From assembly GCA_028819235.1 (NCBI GenBank), contig JAPPMC010000172.1, positions 21,366-85,365 on the forward strand: DNA of 64,000 bases. Reading direction: 5' to 3'. Shown piece by piece: positions 54,563-63,616 of this stretch. The notes beneath the pieces were generated by a model, which was not told where the DNA came from, did no database searches, and saw nothing but the letters and a program-made list of their open reading frames with translations. Position 1 is the first letter of the stretch; each line of letters begins with the position of its first letter. The DNA is from Bryobacterales bacterium (GTDB lineage Bacteria > Acidobacteriota > Terriglobia > Bryobacterales > UBA6623). The translations under genes were made by a program, and so were the position numbers.

Positions 54563-55114
54563 ATGATATTCGATATAGAGACACTGCGAATTCTCTCTAA
54601 TTTCGTGGCACCTTGCGGTGCGGTTGCCGCTGTCGCCAAGGTCAGCCGCGAGGCGAGCGCCGACAGGCTCCGCCGACGGCTCCACGACTTGGAGATCGAA
54701 CTTTTCGAGACTGCCCGTGCTCGCGGCATGCTAAGGCACCCGGCAGTGGCCCTTCTTAACGACGAGATTCGCAGGGCAGTCCGTGAAGCGAGTGCCATCC
54801 ACCTGCGGCGCTGGGCTTGGCACACTTTGCGGAGGAACGAACGCAGCATTCCCATCCTCGGGATCAAAGGGCTGCTTGAGCAGGCCGTCGGCAGCGTCCG
54901 CGATCCACGAGCTCGCGCCTGCATCGAGTGCTTGGGCAGGAGAGCCCGCGCCGAAGTGCAGGCCCACCTTGCGGTCGGGGCCGTACCGTTCGCCAGTGCG
55001 GTTTGGGGCATGACGACACCTCGGCACCGCCGAGCTGCAGTGGGGATCGTGGAGCGGCCTCGACGGGCCGGTGGCCAGCGGGCCGATGGTGCACATCTGC
55101 CAAGGGCGGCGTGA
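54563..55114 (+). CDS. Short LysR-like HTH protein (183 aa; N-terminal wHTH + linker helix recognisable, effector domain not recognisable)
   Basis: GAAGGAGGG lies 8 nt upstream of the ATG. FDIETLRILSNFVAPCGAVAAVAKVSREASADRLRRRLHDLEIELFETARARGMLRHPAVALLNDEIRRAV parallels the LysR N-terminal pattern (LR.F..va..gS...AA..l..sq.a.S..i..LE..lG..LF.R..rgv.lT.aG..ll). The remainder is unassignable. Confidence 0.4.
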   Translation: MIFDIETLRILSNFVAPCGAVAAVAKVSREASADRLRRRLHDLEIELFETARARGMLRHPAVALLNDEIRRAVREASAIHLRRWAWHTLRRNERSIPILGIKGLLEQAVGSVRDPRARACIECLGRRARAEVQAHLAVGAVPFASAVWGMTTPRHRRAAVGIVERPRRAGGQRADGAHLPRAA

Positions 55115-55164
55115 GTCGCAGGTCACGCGGGGCCTCTGGAATCGCCGTCTAGACTGGGAGCGCA

Positions 55165-56154
55165 ATGGCCGCCAGCCCAGTCACCAGATTCGCCTTGGCG
55201 GCTGCGATGGCGGCTGTGACGGCAATCGCCGCCGCTCAGTCCGGAAACGATGCCCGTCCCATCCGCAACGATGTGCCGCTGCAGGGCCAAGAGGTGCTTG
55301 TCTTCCGGCACCAGCGACTACACAGGGGAGGGCATGAGGCCTATTTCAGGCTGAGCAGGGATGGTGTGTGGCCATGGTTCGAGAAGATCGGGAGCCGGAT
55401 CATTGGGCAGTGGAAGGTGGTCCACCCGGACAGGAGTGCCGAGGATCTCGAATTCGACCACGGATATCGGCTGGCCCGTTACGCCAGTTACGACCACTGG
55501 AAGGCCACGCGGCAGGGACACCTCCTGCTTGGGGGGAACGGTCCTGACTACGAGAAGAGCCGCGAATCGCTCCGGGCAAGGAACCACTACTCGGCCGGAT
55601 CCGACGGTGCCCACTTCCTGGAAGGTGTGACGGCAAGCACAAGGGTCTACTTCATGCCAGCGCTGGAGGAACGCTATCTGGCGGCCGGGGAACAGCAGTC
55701 CGCAGGCCCGCTGCCCGTGCGAAACGATGTGGCCTGGCCCGCACCGGAGATCGTAGCCGTCGACAGATTCGACGTCCGAAAGGGACACGCCAAGAGCGTC
55801 ATCGCGAGAGGCGTGCGTGATGTTTGGCCGTATCTCGAGAAAGTAGGCGCCCGCCCAATCGGCCTATGGGAGGAGGTCTTCCCGCCTGAAAGTGGCTTCG
55901 AGGCCAGACCTGATCACGACACAGTCTTCCAGATGATGCGCTACGCGGGCTACGAGCACTGGAAGGCGGCGCGCCCAGAGGCCATCGCCAGAATGGGCGG
56001 CGATGGCAGGGACTACGATGCGTACCGTCGGGCGCTGGGCCTGCTGCGCTCCGCCACCGTCGACCGACGTGTGATCTTCCTGCAAGGGCACATGTACCAC
56101 AGCCCTCCAAAGTTCATGCCGGGGATTCCCGAGGCGTTTCGCCGAGCACCATGA
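55165..56154 (+). CDS. Secreted tandem NIPSNAP-like (dimeric alpha/beta-barrel) protein
   Basis: Signal peptide MAASPVTRFALAAAMAAVTAIAAAQ. Two internally similar halves (RNDVPLQGQEVLVFRHQRL...WPWFEKIGSRIIGQWKVV...YASYDHWKATR versus RNDVAWPAPEIVAVDRFDV...WPYLEKVGARPIGLWEEV...YAGYEHWKAAR). The family name is a best guess. Confidence 0.65.
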   Translation: MAASPVTRFALAAAMAAVTAIAAAQSGNDARPIRNDVPLQGQEVLVFRHQRLHRGGHEAYFRLSRDGVWPWFEKIGSRIIGQWKVVHPDRSAEDLEFDHGYRLARYASYDHWKATRQGHLLLGGNGPDYEKSRESLRARNHYSAGSDGAHFLEGVTASTRVYFMPALEERYLAAGEQQSAGPLPVRNDVAWPAPEIVAVDRFDVRKGHAKSVIARGVRDVWPYLEKVGARPIGLWEEVFPPESGFEARPDHDTVFQMMRYAGYEHWKAARPEAIARMGGDGRDYDAYRRALGLLRSATVDRRVIFLQGHMYHSPPKFMPGIPEAFRRAP

Positions 56155-56231
56155 CCGGGCCGCGGCGTCCGAGCGGGACCGGACAAACGGAACTGCAGAC
56201 AAGCCAAATGTTGCTGAGACAATCTGGACTC

Positions 56232-57719
56232 ATGTCCAGAACTTCGGCGTTGCTCGCAGCAGGGCTCGTGCTTACCACGCTCGCATCGGAACGCGCGGTC
56301 CCGGCCCCTCCCAACATTCTTTTCCTGTTGGCCGACGATCTGGGCTGGCGGGACTTGGGGTGCTACGGGAGCCACTTCTACGAGACCCCCAGTATCGACG
56401 GGCTAGCGTCGAGCGGGGCCCGCTTCACGCAGGCCTACGCGGCATGCCCGGTCTGCTCACCTACGCGCGCCAGCATCCTCACCGGCAAGTACCCAGTGCG
56501 CATGCGCGTCACTGACTACATCAGCCCGACCGGAGGCAACCAGCCCGAGAACTGGGACCGCAACACGGTGCTGCTGCCCGCGCCGTACCTGGACCGCATG
56601 CCGCTGGAGGAGACCACGCTCGCAGAGGCCCTTCTTGAGGGCGGCTACGAAACGTTCTTCGCGGGCAAGTGGCACCTCGGGCCGGAAGGCTTCTGGCCCG
56701 AAGACCAAGGCTTCGGCGAGAACCGGGGCGGCTGGGAGCACGGCGGCCCGTGGGGCGGGGACAGCTACTTCTCACCGTACGGGAATCCCAATCTGCAGGA
56801 TGGCCCTCCGGGCGAGCACCTGCCGGACCGGCTCGCCAGCGAGACCGTCCGGTTCATCCGCGAACACCGGGACCAGCCCTTCTTCGCGTACCTCTCCTTC
56901 TATTCCGTCCACACGCCACTCATGACGACACCGGAATTGGAGAGAAAGTACACAGAGAAGGCAAGACGTCTTGAGTTCTCCGGGCCGCGTTGGATCCGCG
57001 AGCAGCACCGCGACGTGCGCCAAGCGCAGGACCACGCCGTGTACGGGGGCATGGTTGAGTCGATGGATGACGCGATCGGCCGCGTGCTTGACGCACTGGA
57101 CGGGAACGGGCTCCGAGAGCGAACGGTGGTCGTGCTCATGTCGGACAATGGCGGTTTGAGCTCGTCGGAGGGATCGCCGACCTCCAACCTGCCACTGCGC
57201 GGCGGTAAGGGCTGGATGTACGAGGGCGGTATCCGAGAGCCGATGCTGGTGCGGGCTCCAAGCGTCACCTCGGCGGGATCTGTGATCGACTCCCCGGTCA
57301 CGAGTACGGACTTCTTTCCGACGCTGTTGGAGCTCGCAGGGCTGAGCCTTCGCCCGGACCAGCACGTCGACGGCGAAAGCATGGTGCCGCTCTTGCGCGG
57401 CGAGCGGCTGAGTGAGCCCAGACCCCTGTACTGGCATTACCCGCACTACGGCAATCAAGGTGGAGCCCCGAGCGCTGCCATACGCCTCGGAGACTGGAAG
57501 CTGATTCTCTGGTACGAGGACGATGCGATCGAACTCTACAACCTCGCCAACGATCCGGGTGAGCGCTACGATCTCTCCGGACTGGCGCCGGACGTAGCGG
57601 AGAACTTGGAGCGGCGGCTTGCGGAATGGCTCGGCGGTGTCGATGCCAACATGCCGTCGCGCAACAACTCCCATGACTCTGGTCGACCCTCCGGACGCTT
57701 GCCGCCAAACGAGCGCTAG
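56232..57719 (+). CDS. Type I sulfatase
   Basis: Signal peptide MSRTSALLAAGLVLTTLA. NILFLLADDLGWRDLGCYG. Canonical CSPTR (ACPVCSPTRASILTGKYP). Block VVLMSDNGG. Start moved to the internal ATG (track start 56151). Confidence 0.9.
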   Translation: MSRTSALLAAGLVLTTLASERAVPAPPNILFLLADDLGWRDLGCYGSHFYETPSIDGLASSGARFTQAYAACPVCSPTRASILTGKYPVRMRVTDYISPTGGNQPENWDRNTVLLPAPYLDRMPLEETTLAEALLEGGYETFFAGKWHLGPEGFWPEDQGFGENRGGWEHGGPWGGDSYFSPYGNPNLQDGPPGEHLPDRLASETVRFIREHRDQPFFAYLSFYSVHTPLMTTPELERKYTEKARRLEFSGPRWIREQHRDVRQAQDHAVYGGMVESMDDAIGRVLDALDGNGLRERTVVVLMSDNGGLSSSEGSPTSNLPLRGGKGWMYEGGIREPMLVRAPSVTSAGSVIDSPVTSTDFFPTLLELAGLSLRPDQHVDGESMVPLLRGERLSEPRPLYWHYPHYGNQGGAPSAAIRLGDWKLILWYEDDAIELYNLANDPGERYDLSGLAPDVAENLERRLAEWLGGVDANMPSRNNSHDSGRPSGRLPPNER

Positions 57720-58208
57720 CAGGCCAGCCCCGCCCCGGGAAAGTTGCAAGCCTGTTCTCGTAATCAGCACGATATTCGCCAGCGTGACGAGGAATGGCGC
57801 TCGCCGTCTCGGCCTGGCCGCTCACGGCATTCGCCTTTACGTCTGATAGGCACAGTGAGGGCTCTCTGTACCGACAGAATCGTCCGCTAGGCCAACCGAG
57901 CCACCGGCCGCGCAACTAGTTTCTTGGGCGAGGTCTTGGGCCATCCTTGGGCGAGACCGGATGGTCTCTGGCCCCGCCAGCGCACTGGCAGCAGAGTGGG
58001 CTGGCCGAGCGGTCGGTAGCCGGACTGCGATCGGCCAATCGCGGCCGCCAAGCCGGCATGGGACAGCCGATCGATCTGTTATGGGAGGCCCACGACCGGC
58101 CGGAAGTCTCACTGATGGGCGTCGATGATAGAGACCCGAAAGGTGGCCTTGGCATTCCGGGGTGGTGATACCGCGGATCAAATACCAGATCAAGATCACG
58201 ATTCCCGG

Positions 58209-59441
58209 ATGAGCGACCGTGCCAGAATGGTGCAGCCAATGAACCGGCGCGGATTCTTCGTCCGTCTGGCCGCGGCCCTTGCCCCGGGCGCGTCCCTGTA
58301 CCGGACGACCGGCGCTTCCCCGGCCCCCGAGCGCCTCGAGATCACACGCGTCGAGCCGTTTGTGATCCGCATCGGCGGCCGACGGAACATCGTGGTCTGC
58401 CGGGTCGAGACGGCGGACGGACTCCACGGTTGGGGAGAGGGCACCTCGCCCCCCAACATCGCCCCGACCGTGGCGCAGATCCGAACGCTCGGACAACTCA
58501 TCGTCGGCCAGCGAGCATGGGACACAGAGAGAATCTGGCGCCGCATGTACACCGTCGAGGAGAACACCCTCGGCGGAACACTATATGCGGCCATGTCGGC
58601 AATTGACATCGCCCTGTGGGACATTCTCGGAAAGCACTTGGGCGTACCGGTTTACGACCTCTTGGGAGGACGGGTCTGGGACTCGTTGCGGGTCTACACG
58701 TCATATCGCTGGGGCAACATTCCCCGGACCGCCGAGGCGTACCGCAAGCGCACGGAGGAACTGATCACCCAAGGCGCCACCGCTGGAAAGTACGATCCCT
58801 TCGGCCCTTATCCGGCACCGTCACGCCAGCTGCCGACCGGGATTCTCAACGAGGTGCGAGAGATGGTCAGGGGCATCCGTGAGGCGAGCCCCGACTTCGA
58901 CATCTGCATCGAGTGCCACGGGAAGTTCAACGTGGCATCCGCGGGCCGCATCCTTCGGGCCATGGAACCGTTCGACCCGTTTTTCGTCGAAGAACCGCTT
59001 CCCCCGGAGAACGTGGAAGCGCTGGCCGGCCTGCAGCGGTCTACCAACATCCCGATAGCGACAGCAGAGGGGATTCAGGGCCATTTCCTATACCGCGACC
59101 TGCTTGCTCGCATGGCGGCCCGGATTTGGCAACCCGACGTGGCGAGGGTCGGGGGAATCACGGCCATGAAGAAGATAGCGGCGTTGGCCGACACAGGCTA
59201 CATCACGATCGCCCCGCACAGCCCCAATGGTCCGGTCTGCACGGCGGCAAGCATCCAGCTCGCCGCGTCAATCCCGAACTTTCTGATCATGGAGGAGGGG
59301 AACAAGGAAACTGACCAGTATGGGGAAATCTTCCTTGATGGCTGGGATCAGGGGCTGGCCGAATGGTCCATCCCGGCCGGCCCCGGCTTGGGAATCGACC
59401 TGACGCCAGAGTTCTTGAGGGAATACTCGGTCGACGCCTGA
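58209..59441 (+). CDS. Enolase-superfamily (mandelate racemase/muconate lactonizing enzyme; sugar-acid dehydratase-like) protein with twin-arginine signal
   Basis: MR/MLE blocks (VVCRVETADGLHGWGEGT, AMSAIDIALWDILGKHLGVPVYDLLGG, DICIECHGKF, FFVEEP, IATAEG, WQPDVARVGGIT). The N-terminus MNRRGFFVRLAAALAPGA is a good Tat motif. The start could be the ATG at 58209, 58227 or 58239. Confidence 0.85.
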   Translation: MSDRARMVQPMNRRGFFVRLAAALAPGASLYRTTGASPAPERLEITRVEPFVIRIGGRRNIVVCRVETADGLHGWGEGTSPPNIAPTVAQIRTLGQLIVGQRAWDTERIWRRMYTVEENTLGGTLYAAMSAIDIALWDILGKHLGVPVYDLLGGRVWDSLRVYTSYRWGNIPRTAEAYRKRTEELITQGATAGKYDPFGPYPAPSRQLPTGILNEVREMVRGIREASPDFDICIECHGKFNVASAGRILRAMEPFDPFFVEEPLPPENVEALAGLQRSTNIPIATAEGIQGHFLYRDLLARMAARIWQPDVARVGGITAMKKIAALADTGYITIAPHSPNGPVCTAASIQLAASIPNFLIMEEGNKETDQYGEIFLDGWDQGLAEWSIPAGPGLGIDLTPEFLREYSVDA

Positions 59442-59624
59442 CCGTCCAAGGCCCGTCCGACGCCAGCGGGGAGTCCCCAACGGTCCGCCGGGGCTGGGGC
59501 GCCCACGTGATCGCAGCTGGCTCCGGCCGCGACGGGCCTTGGGACACCCACCACCCCGCAACCCGGGCACAGGGCGCATCGCAGCCAATGCGATCCAAGA
59601 CCAACCGTCCGGTACGATCTTGGC

Positions 59625-61049
59625 GTGACCCGACGTTGGGCAATCTTGCTTGCGGCCATCTGGGCCGTGTCGGCGATGGGATCGGATGCCCCTCCGAATT
59701 TCCTGCTGATCATCGCCGACGACGTCACCTACAACGACCTTCCCGCCTACGGGGGGCCGAACATTCAGACACCGAACATAGACCGCTTGGCCGCAGAGGG
59801 CCTGACCTTTGACAGGGCCTACCTGTCAATGGCGATGTGCAACCCCTGCCGCACAGAGCTGTCTACGGGGCTCTACCCGTTTCGCAACGGGTCCAGCTGG
59901 AATCACTCGGCTGCCCGCGCGGGCACCAAGTCTGTCGTGGACCTGCTTGGCAGCCGTGGATACCGGGTCGGCCTGTCCGGGAAGAAGCACGTCAGCCCGG
60001 ACTCGTCATTCGCCTTCGAGTCTGTTCCTGGCGTCACCAATCAGAGGGAGCGTGCGGCCCTGCCCCCTTTCGACACGTCGGCACTGCAAGAGTTCATGGC
60101 CAGGGACTCGGGGCCGTTTCTGCTGGTCACCGCCTTCCACGAGGCGCACGCGCCTTGGACCGTCGGCCAACCGGAGAAGTTGGACCTCGGCCAATTGGCG
60201 CTCCCAGAGAATCTGGCTGACACACCTCGGACCCGTGAGCAGTTTGCCCAGTACCTTGCAGAGATCGAGGTTTGGGATTGGGAGGTGGGGAGAGTCCTCG
60301 AAGCGCTGGATGCAACTGGCAAGGCAGCCAACACCGTTGTCCTGCTGACATCCGAGCAGGGATCGGCGTTCCCCGGGAACAAGTGGACGAACTGGAACAC
60401 CGGGGTCCACACGGCGCTAATCGTCCGCTGGCCCGGCGTGATCGAGGCCGGACGTCGCACTGAGGCACTGGTGCAATACGCGGACGTTGTTCCGACGCTG
60501 CTGGCGGCGTCAGGCTTGGACCCTGATGGCTCTTTCGACGGTTCAAGCTTCCTTCCTGTACTCGAAGGGTCGTCGTCGGCCCACCGCGAATTCGTGTATC
60601 TGATGCACAACAACGTCCCGGAGGGCCCGCCCTACCCCATACGCGCGATTGTGGACGTCAAGTGGCACTACATCCGCAACCTTCGGCCCTGGACGCTCTT
60701 CTTCGAGAAGCACATGATGGGCGGTTTCCGCCCGAACTGGTTCTGGGAGAGCTGGCTGGCGTCGACAGGCCCTTCCGGTGACACGAGGATCAATACGAGA
60801 GCGGTGGAACTGCTAGGGCGATTCTTGCGACGTCCCGGGGAGCAACTCTACGACGTTGCGGCCGATCCATACCAGCTGAAGGACCTCTCCCGAGATCCGT
60901 CATTGAAGGGAGTGCGCGACAGGCTGGCGGCCGAAGTCGATCGGTGGATGCGGTCGCAGGGCGACCCCGGCGCACCCCTCGACACCGAGCGGATGTGGCG
61001 CGCGGCCCGGGAGAGCCGGCACCTCCTTCCCGTCGGGCCGCGGGACTGA
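59625..61049 (+). CDS. Type I sulfatase
   Basis: GTG start and a signal peptide (RRWAILLAAIWAVSAMG). NFLLIIADDVTYNDL. CNPCR motif (MAMCNPCRTELSTGLYP). Block VVLLTSEQG. Confidence 0.9.
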   Translation: MTRRWAILLAAIWAVSAMGSDAPPNFLLIIADDVTYNDLPAYGGPNIQTPNIDRLAAEGLTFDRAYLSMAMCNPCRTELSTGLYPFRNGSSWNHSAARAGTKSVVDLLGSRGYRVGLSGKKHVSPDSSFAFESVPGVTNQRERAALPPFDTSALQEFMARDSGPFLLVTAFHEAHAPWTVGQPEKLDLGQLALPENLADTPRTREQFAQYLAEIEVWDWEVGRVLEALDATGKAANTVVLLTSEQGSAFPGNKWTNWNTGVHTALIVRWPGVIEAGRRTEALVQYADVVPTLLAASGLDPDGSFDGSSFLPVLEGSSSAHREFVYLMHNNVPEGPPYPIRAIVDVKWHYIRNLRPWTLFFEKHMMGGFRPNWFWESWLASTGPSGDTRINTRAVELLGRFLRRPGEQLYDVAADPYQLKDLSRDPSLKGVRDRLAAEVDRWMRSQGDPGAPLDTERMWRAARESRHLLPVGPRD

Positions 61050-61617
61050 GGCGGTCCGCGTTTCTCGGCAGCACAGGACACGGGAGAGGATGGCTTGGGC
61101 CACCGTCGCGGGAACGCACGCCAACGGCCGTCAGCGTCGGTCGGATATGGCAGTGTGTCACTGCTAAGGTCTGGGCGAGCCTGCCCGATGGCCGTCCGGC
61201 AGTGTCAAGAGAGGGTCCGTCTCGTCCCGGAACGATCATGAGTTCGCGACGCCAAAGAGCGCCTTGACCGCTGGGGATCCATGCGCCAACAGCCCGGGCA
61301 CGGGCACGGGCTTTTGCGGCCGAATTGCACAGACCATGTGGCCACGAAGTCCGCCGCCCGCCCTGAGGCCGCGTGGTCGCGGACGGCGAGATCGGATCCG
61401 CATCCAGATGCCACGAGTGCGAAGTCTCGTCCAGCGGGCAGCAGCCTGCCTTCTTCGCCTGTGGTCATCGCCCTCGCGGCGAGGTCGCGCACACAATTGT
61501 CGCGGCGGAGGATTCCAAGGCCCGTCGTAAACTGCCCTAGCAACCCGACGAGGCAATTCCGGCCCGAGATGCCGACAGCCGATTGCCTGCATGGGCGCCC
61601 TAGAATCCAGACAGTAC

Positions 61618-61773
61618 ATGAACACACTGCTGATCGCAACGGTCTTGACGGGGATCGGCGTCCTGTTGGGAGTCTGGCTGATCGTCGATAACGCGTCCAG
61701 GGATATTCGACGGCGGATCGACGCGCTGAAGGCGCGCCTCGATGGCTCGGCCTCCGACGACGCCGGACAGTAG
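61618..61773 (+). CDS. Possible small membrane protein (51 aa)
   Basis: MNTLLIATVLTGIGVLLGVWLIVDNASRDIRRRIDALKARLDGSASDDAGQ has one clear TM helix followed by an amphipathic tail. There is no convincing RBS and it lies in an otherwise unassigned 0.9-kb gap. Confidence 0.3.
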   Translation: MNTLLIATVLTGIGVLLGVWLIVDNASRDIRRRIDALKARLDGSASDDAGQ

Positions 61774-61954
61774 CCCCGGCCACCAGAGGATCCGCGTCGT
61801 CCGGGTTTCGCGCTGCACGACCGGGCTTGCCTCTCAGGCGACCCACGGGCACCGGCCTCGGCGGTGACCCGGCCCGCATTCCCCGCATCCTCAATGGCCG
61901 TCGCACGGATGAACACTGGCTCGGCGCGACCCCGGTCGTACAGGGCCCAGCGAC

Positions 61955-63535
61955 TCAGCGGGGAAACGTCTCTAGGTCAGCGCGGGCCTGAACGAGCGTG
62001 GCCGAATGGCGCCTGCAGCTTGCCCGCATTGCATCCAAGCGCTCGGCATGCCTCTCGTCCGAGACTAGGTTGCGCTCCTCCCCGGGGTCCGCAGCCAAAT
62101 CAAACAGCTGCTCAAAGTCCGGTTCGCGACCCGTGAAATCGACATCCGCCTCGCCATAGGACTCGCTGTCACTGCGAAAGTAGCGGACGTACTTCCAGTC
62201 CTTCGTCCGGACAGCCTCCATGAACGGGCCCGTGCGCAAGAGGAACAGGCTCTCAAGGAAGATTTCGTCCCGCCATTGCATCTCGGGAGAGGCCATCAGC
62301 GGCCGAAGGTCCCGGCCCTGCATGCTGCCGGGCGGGTCCACTCCGGCGTATGAAGCGATCGTGGCCGGCACATCGATGCTCAGCACGAGCTCGTCCACGG
62401 TCCTGCCCGCAGTCTCCGGTGCCCGTGGGTCACAGACGATCAATGGGACTCGAGTCGTAAGGTCGTACAGCAGTGACTTGCCTCCCATGGCGTACTCGCC
62501 GAGTAGGATTCCGTGATCGCTGGAGAAGATCAGCACCGTGTTCTCCGTCAGCCCTCGGCGATCGAGGCTGTCCCGTAGCTTGCCGACCGCGGCATCGACG
62601 CCGTGGACCAGCTGGTAGTAGCGGATCTGGTATTCCCGCAGCACATCGTCGCCCTGATACGTGTACGAGTACGTCGCCATGCGCCCCTCGCGAGGGTGCA
62701 CGTCGATCGGGATGTGCATGCCTGTGTCGTCCGCGTACGTGCCCGGCGGGGGGAGATTGGCGTCTCGGTACAGCGATCCGTAGACCGGGTGGTCGGCGAG
62801 CCGCGGGTGGCTGGTGGCAGGGCTGTTCATGCGCGTCGGGCCCTCTTCGTCGGGGTAGAGCATGCTGCCTGAAATGGACCCGTGAGGTGCGGAGAAGCTG
62901 ACTGAGAGCACAAATGGCCGGTCGCTGGGAGCGGAATCGAGGAATCGCTCAATGCTCTCGCTCATGACCGGAGTCACGATGTCGGCCTCGGAGTCGTGGT
63001 AGATCGACAGGTGATCAAACTCCTTGGGCCAGAAACGGGCCCAATCGTCATGCCCGCGCCAGAAATCGAACTTCTCCAGCGGCCTTCCGCGGAAGGAGTA
63101 TTGCTGCAGACCGATCTTGCCGACAAAGCCGACGTGATAGCCGGCGTCGCGCAGGAGCGCAGGGTATGTGTAGGCCCACTGGGTCTCCGAGAGGACGTTC
63201 GGCGAGGAGAATCCGATCTGGTGCACCCTTTCGTACTGCCCGTTCAGGAAGCTTGCCCGGCTGGGCATGCAGACTGGCGCCACGACATGAGCCTCCGTGA
63301 AGCGAACGCCGTCCGTTGCGAGCCGGTCGAGGTTTGGGGTCTTCACAACGGGATTCCCCGCTATGCCGAGGGCGTCGGCGCGCTGATCGTCGGACAGCAG
63401 AAAGATGATGTTGGGGCGCGGGGGGCGGGATGCGCGCTCGCCGCAGGCAAGGCCCGTCAAGGCAATGGCCCCGACGGTCAAGCAAGGCCAAACCAGAGAA
63501 CTCGAGAATCTCCACGAACCCATGACGGTCCCCAC
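61955..63535 (-). CDS. Type I sulfatase
   Basis: Signal/lipoprotein-like N-terminus (LTVGAIALTGLACG). NIIFLLSDDQRADALG. Canonical CMPSR (VAPVCMPSRASFLNGQYE). Block LIFSSDHG. Confidence 0.9.
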   Translation of the reverse strand: MGTVMGSWRFSSSLVWPCLTVGAIALTGLACGERASRPPRPNIIFLLSDDQRADALGIAGNPVVKTPNLDRLATDGVRFTEAHVVAPVCMPSRASFLNGQYERVHQIGFSSPNVLSETQWAYTYPALLRDAGYHVGFVGKIGLQQYSFRGRPLEKFDFWRGHDDWARFWPKEFDHLSIYHDSEADIVTPVMSESIERFLDSAPSDRPFVLSVSFSAPHGSISGSMLYPDEEGPTRMNSPATSHPRLADHPVYGSLYRDANLPPPGTYADDTGMHIPIDVHPREGRMATYSYTYQGDDVLREYQIRYYQLVHGVDAAVGKLRDSLDRRGLTENTVLIFSSDHGILLGEYAMGGKSLLYDLTTRVPLIVCDPRAPETAGRTVDELVLSIDVPATIASYAGVDPPGSMQGRDLRPLMASPEMQWRDEIFLESLFLLRTGPFMEAVRTKDWKYVRYFRSDSESYGEADVDFTGREPDFEQLFDLAADPGEERNLVSDERHAERLDAMRASCRRHSATLVQARADLETFPR

Positions 63536-63616
63536 TATATGCGGACCCTCGAGACCGCTGTCCGGTGCTAGTCGGGCGTTTGCGGCGCGTCTTGCGCTGT
63601 TCCTGCCCCCAAGAAC

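Noticed and set aside
54217-55011. The 5' extension of the 1295-aa track ORF (51124-55011), which would give the PVC-type heme protein about 265 extra N-terminal residues.
   Set aside because: The extension runs through the AT-rich intergenic island and antisense to the RBS-bearing ORF at 54563. Its sequence is not protein-like. A GTG with GGAGA upstream at 54216 yields a clean lipoprotein-type signal peptide.
57991-58050. A tRNA-like string (GGCCGAGCGGT, reminiscent of the Leu/Ser tRNA D-loop) in the intergenic region upstream of the enolase-family gene.
   Set aside because: No complementary D-stem, no U33 in the only possible anticodon loop, no GGTTCGAATCC-type T-arm and no acceptor stem could be formed. 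I judge it a chance similarity.
61205-61916. Two overlapping ~230-aa minus-strand ORFs in the gap between two sulfatase genes.
   Set aside because: Both are extremely Arg-rich, overlap each other in different frames and have no motifs. Only the small plus-strand TM ORF (61618-61773) is listed, at low confidence.
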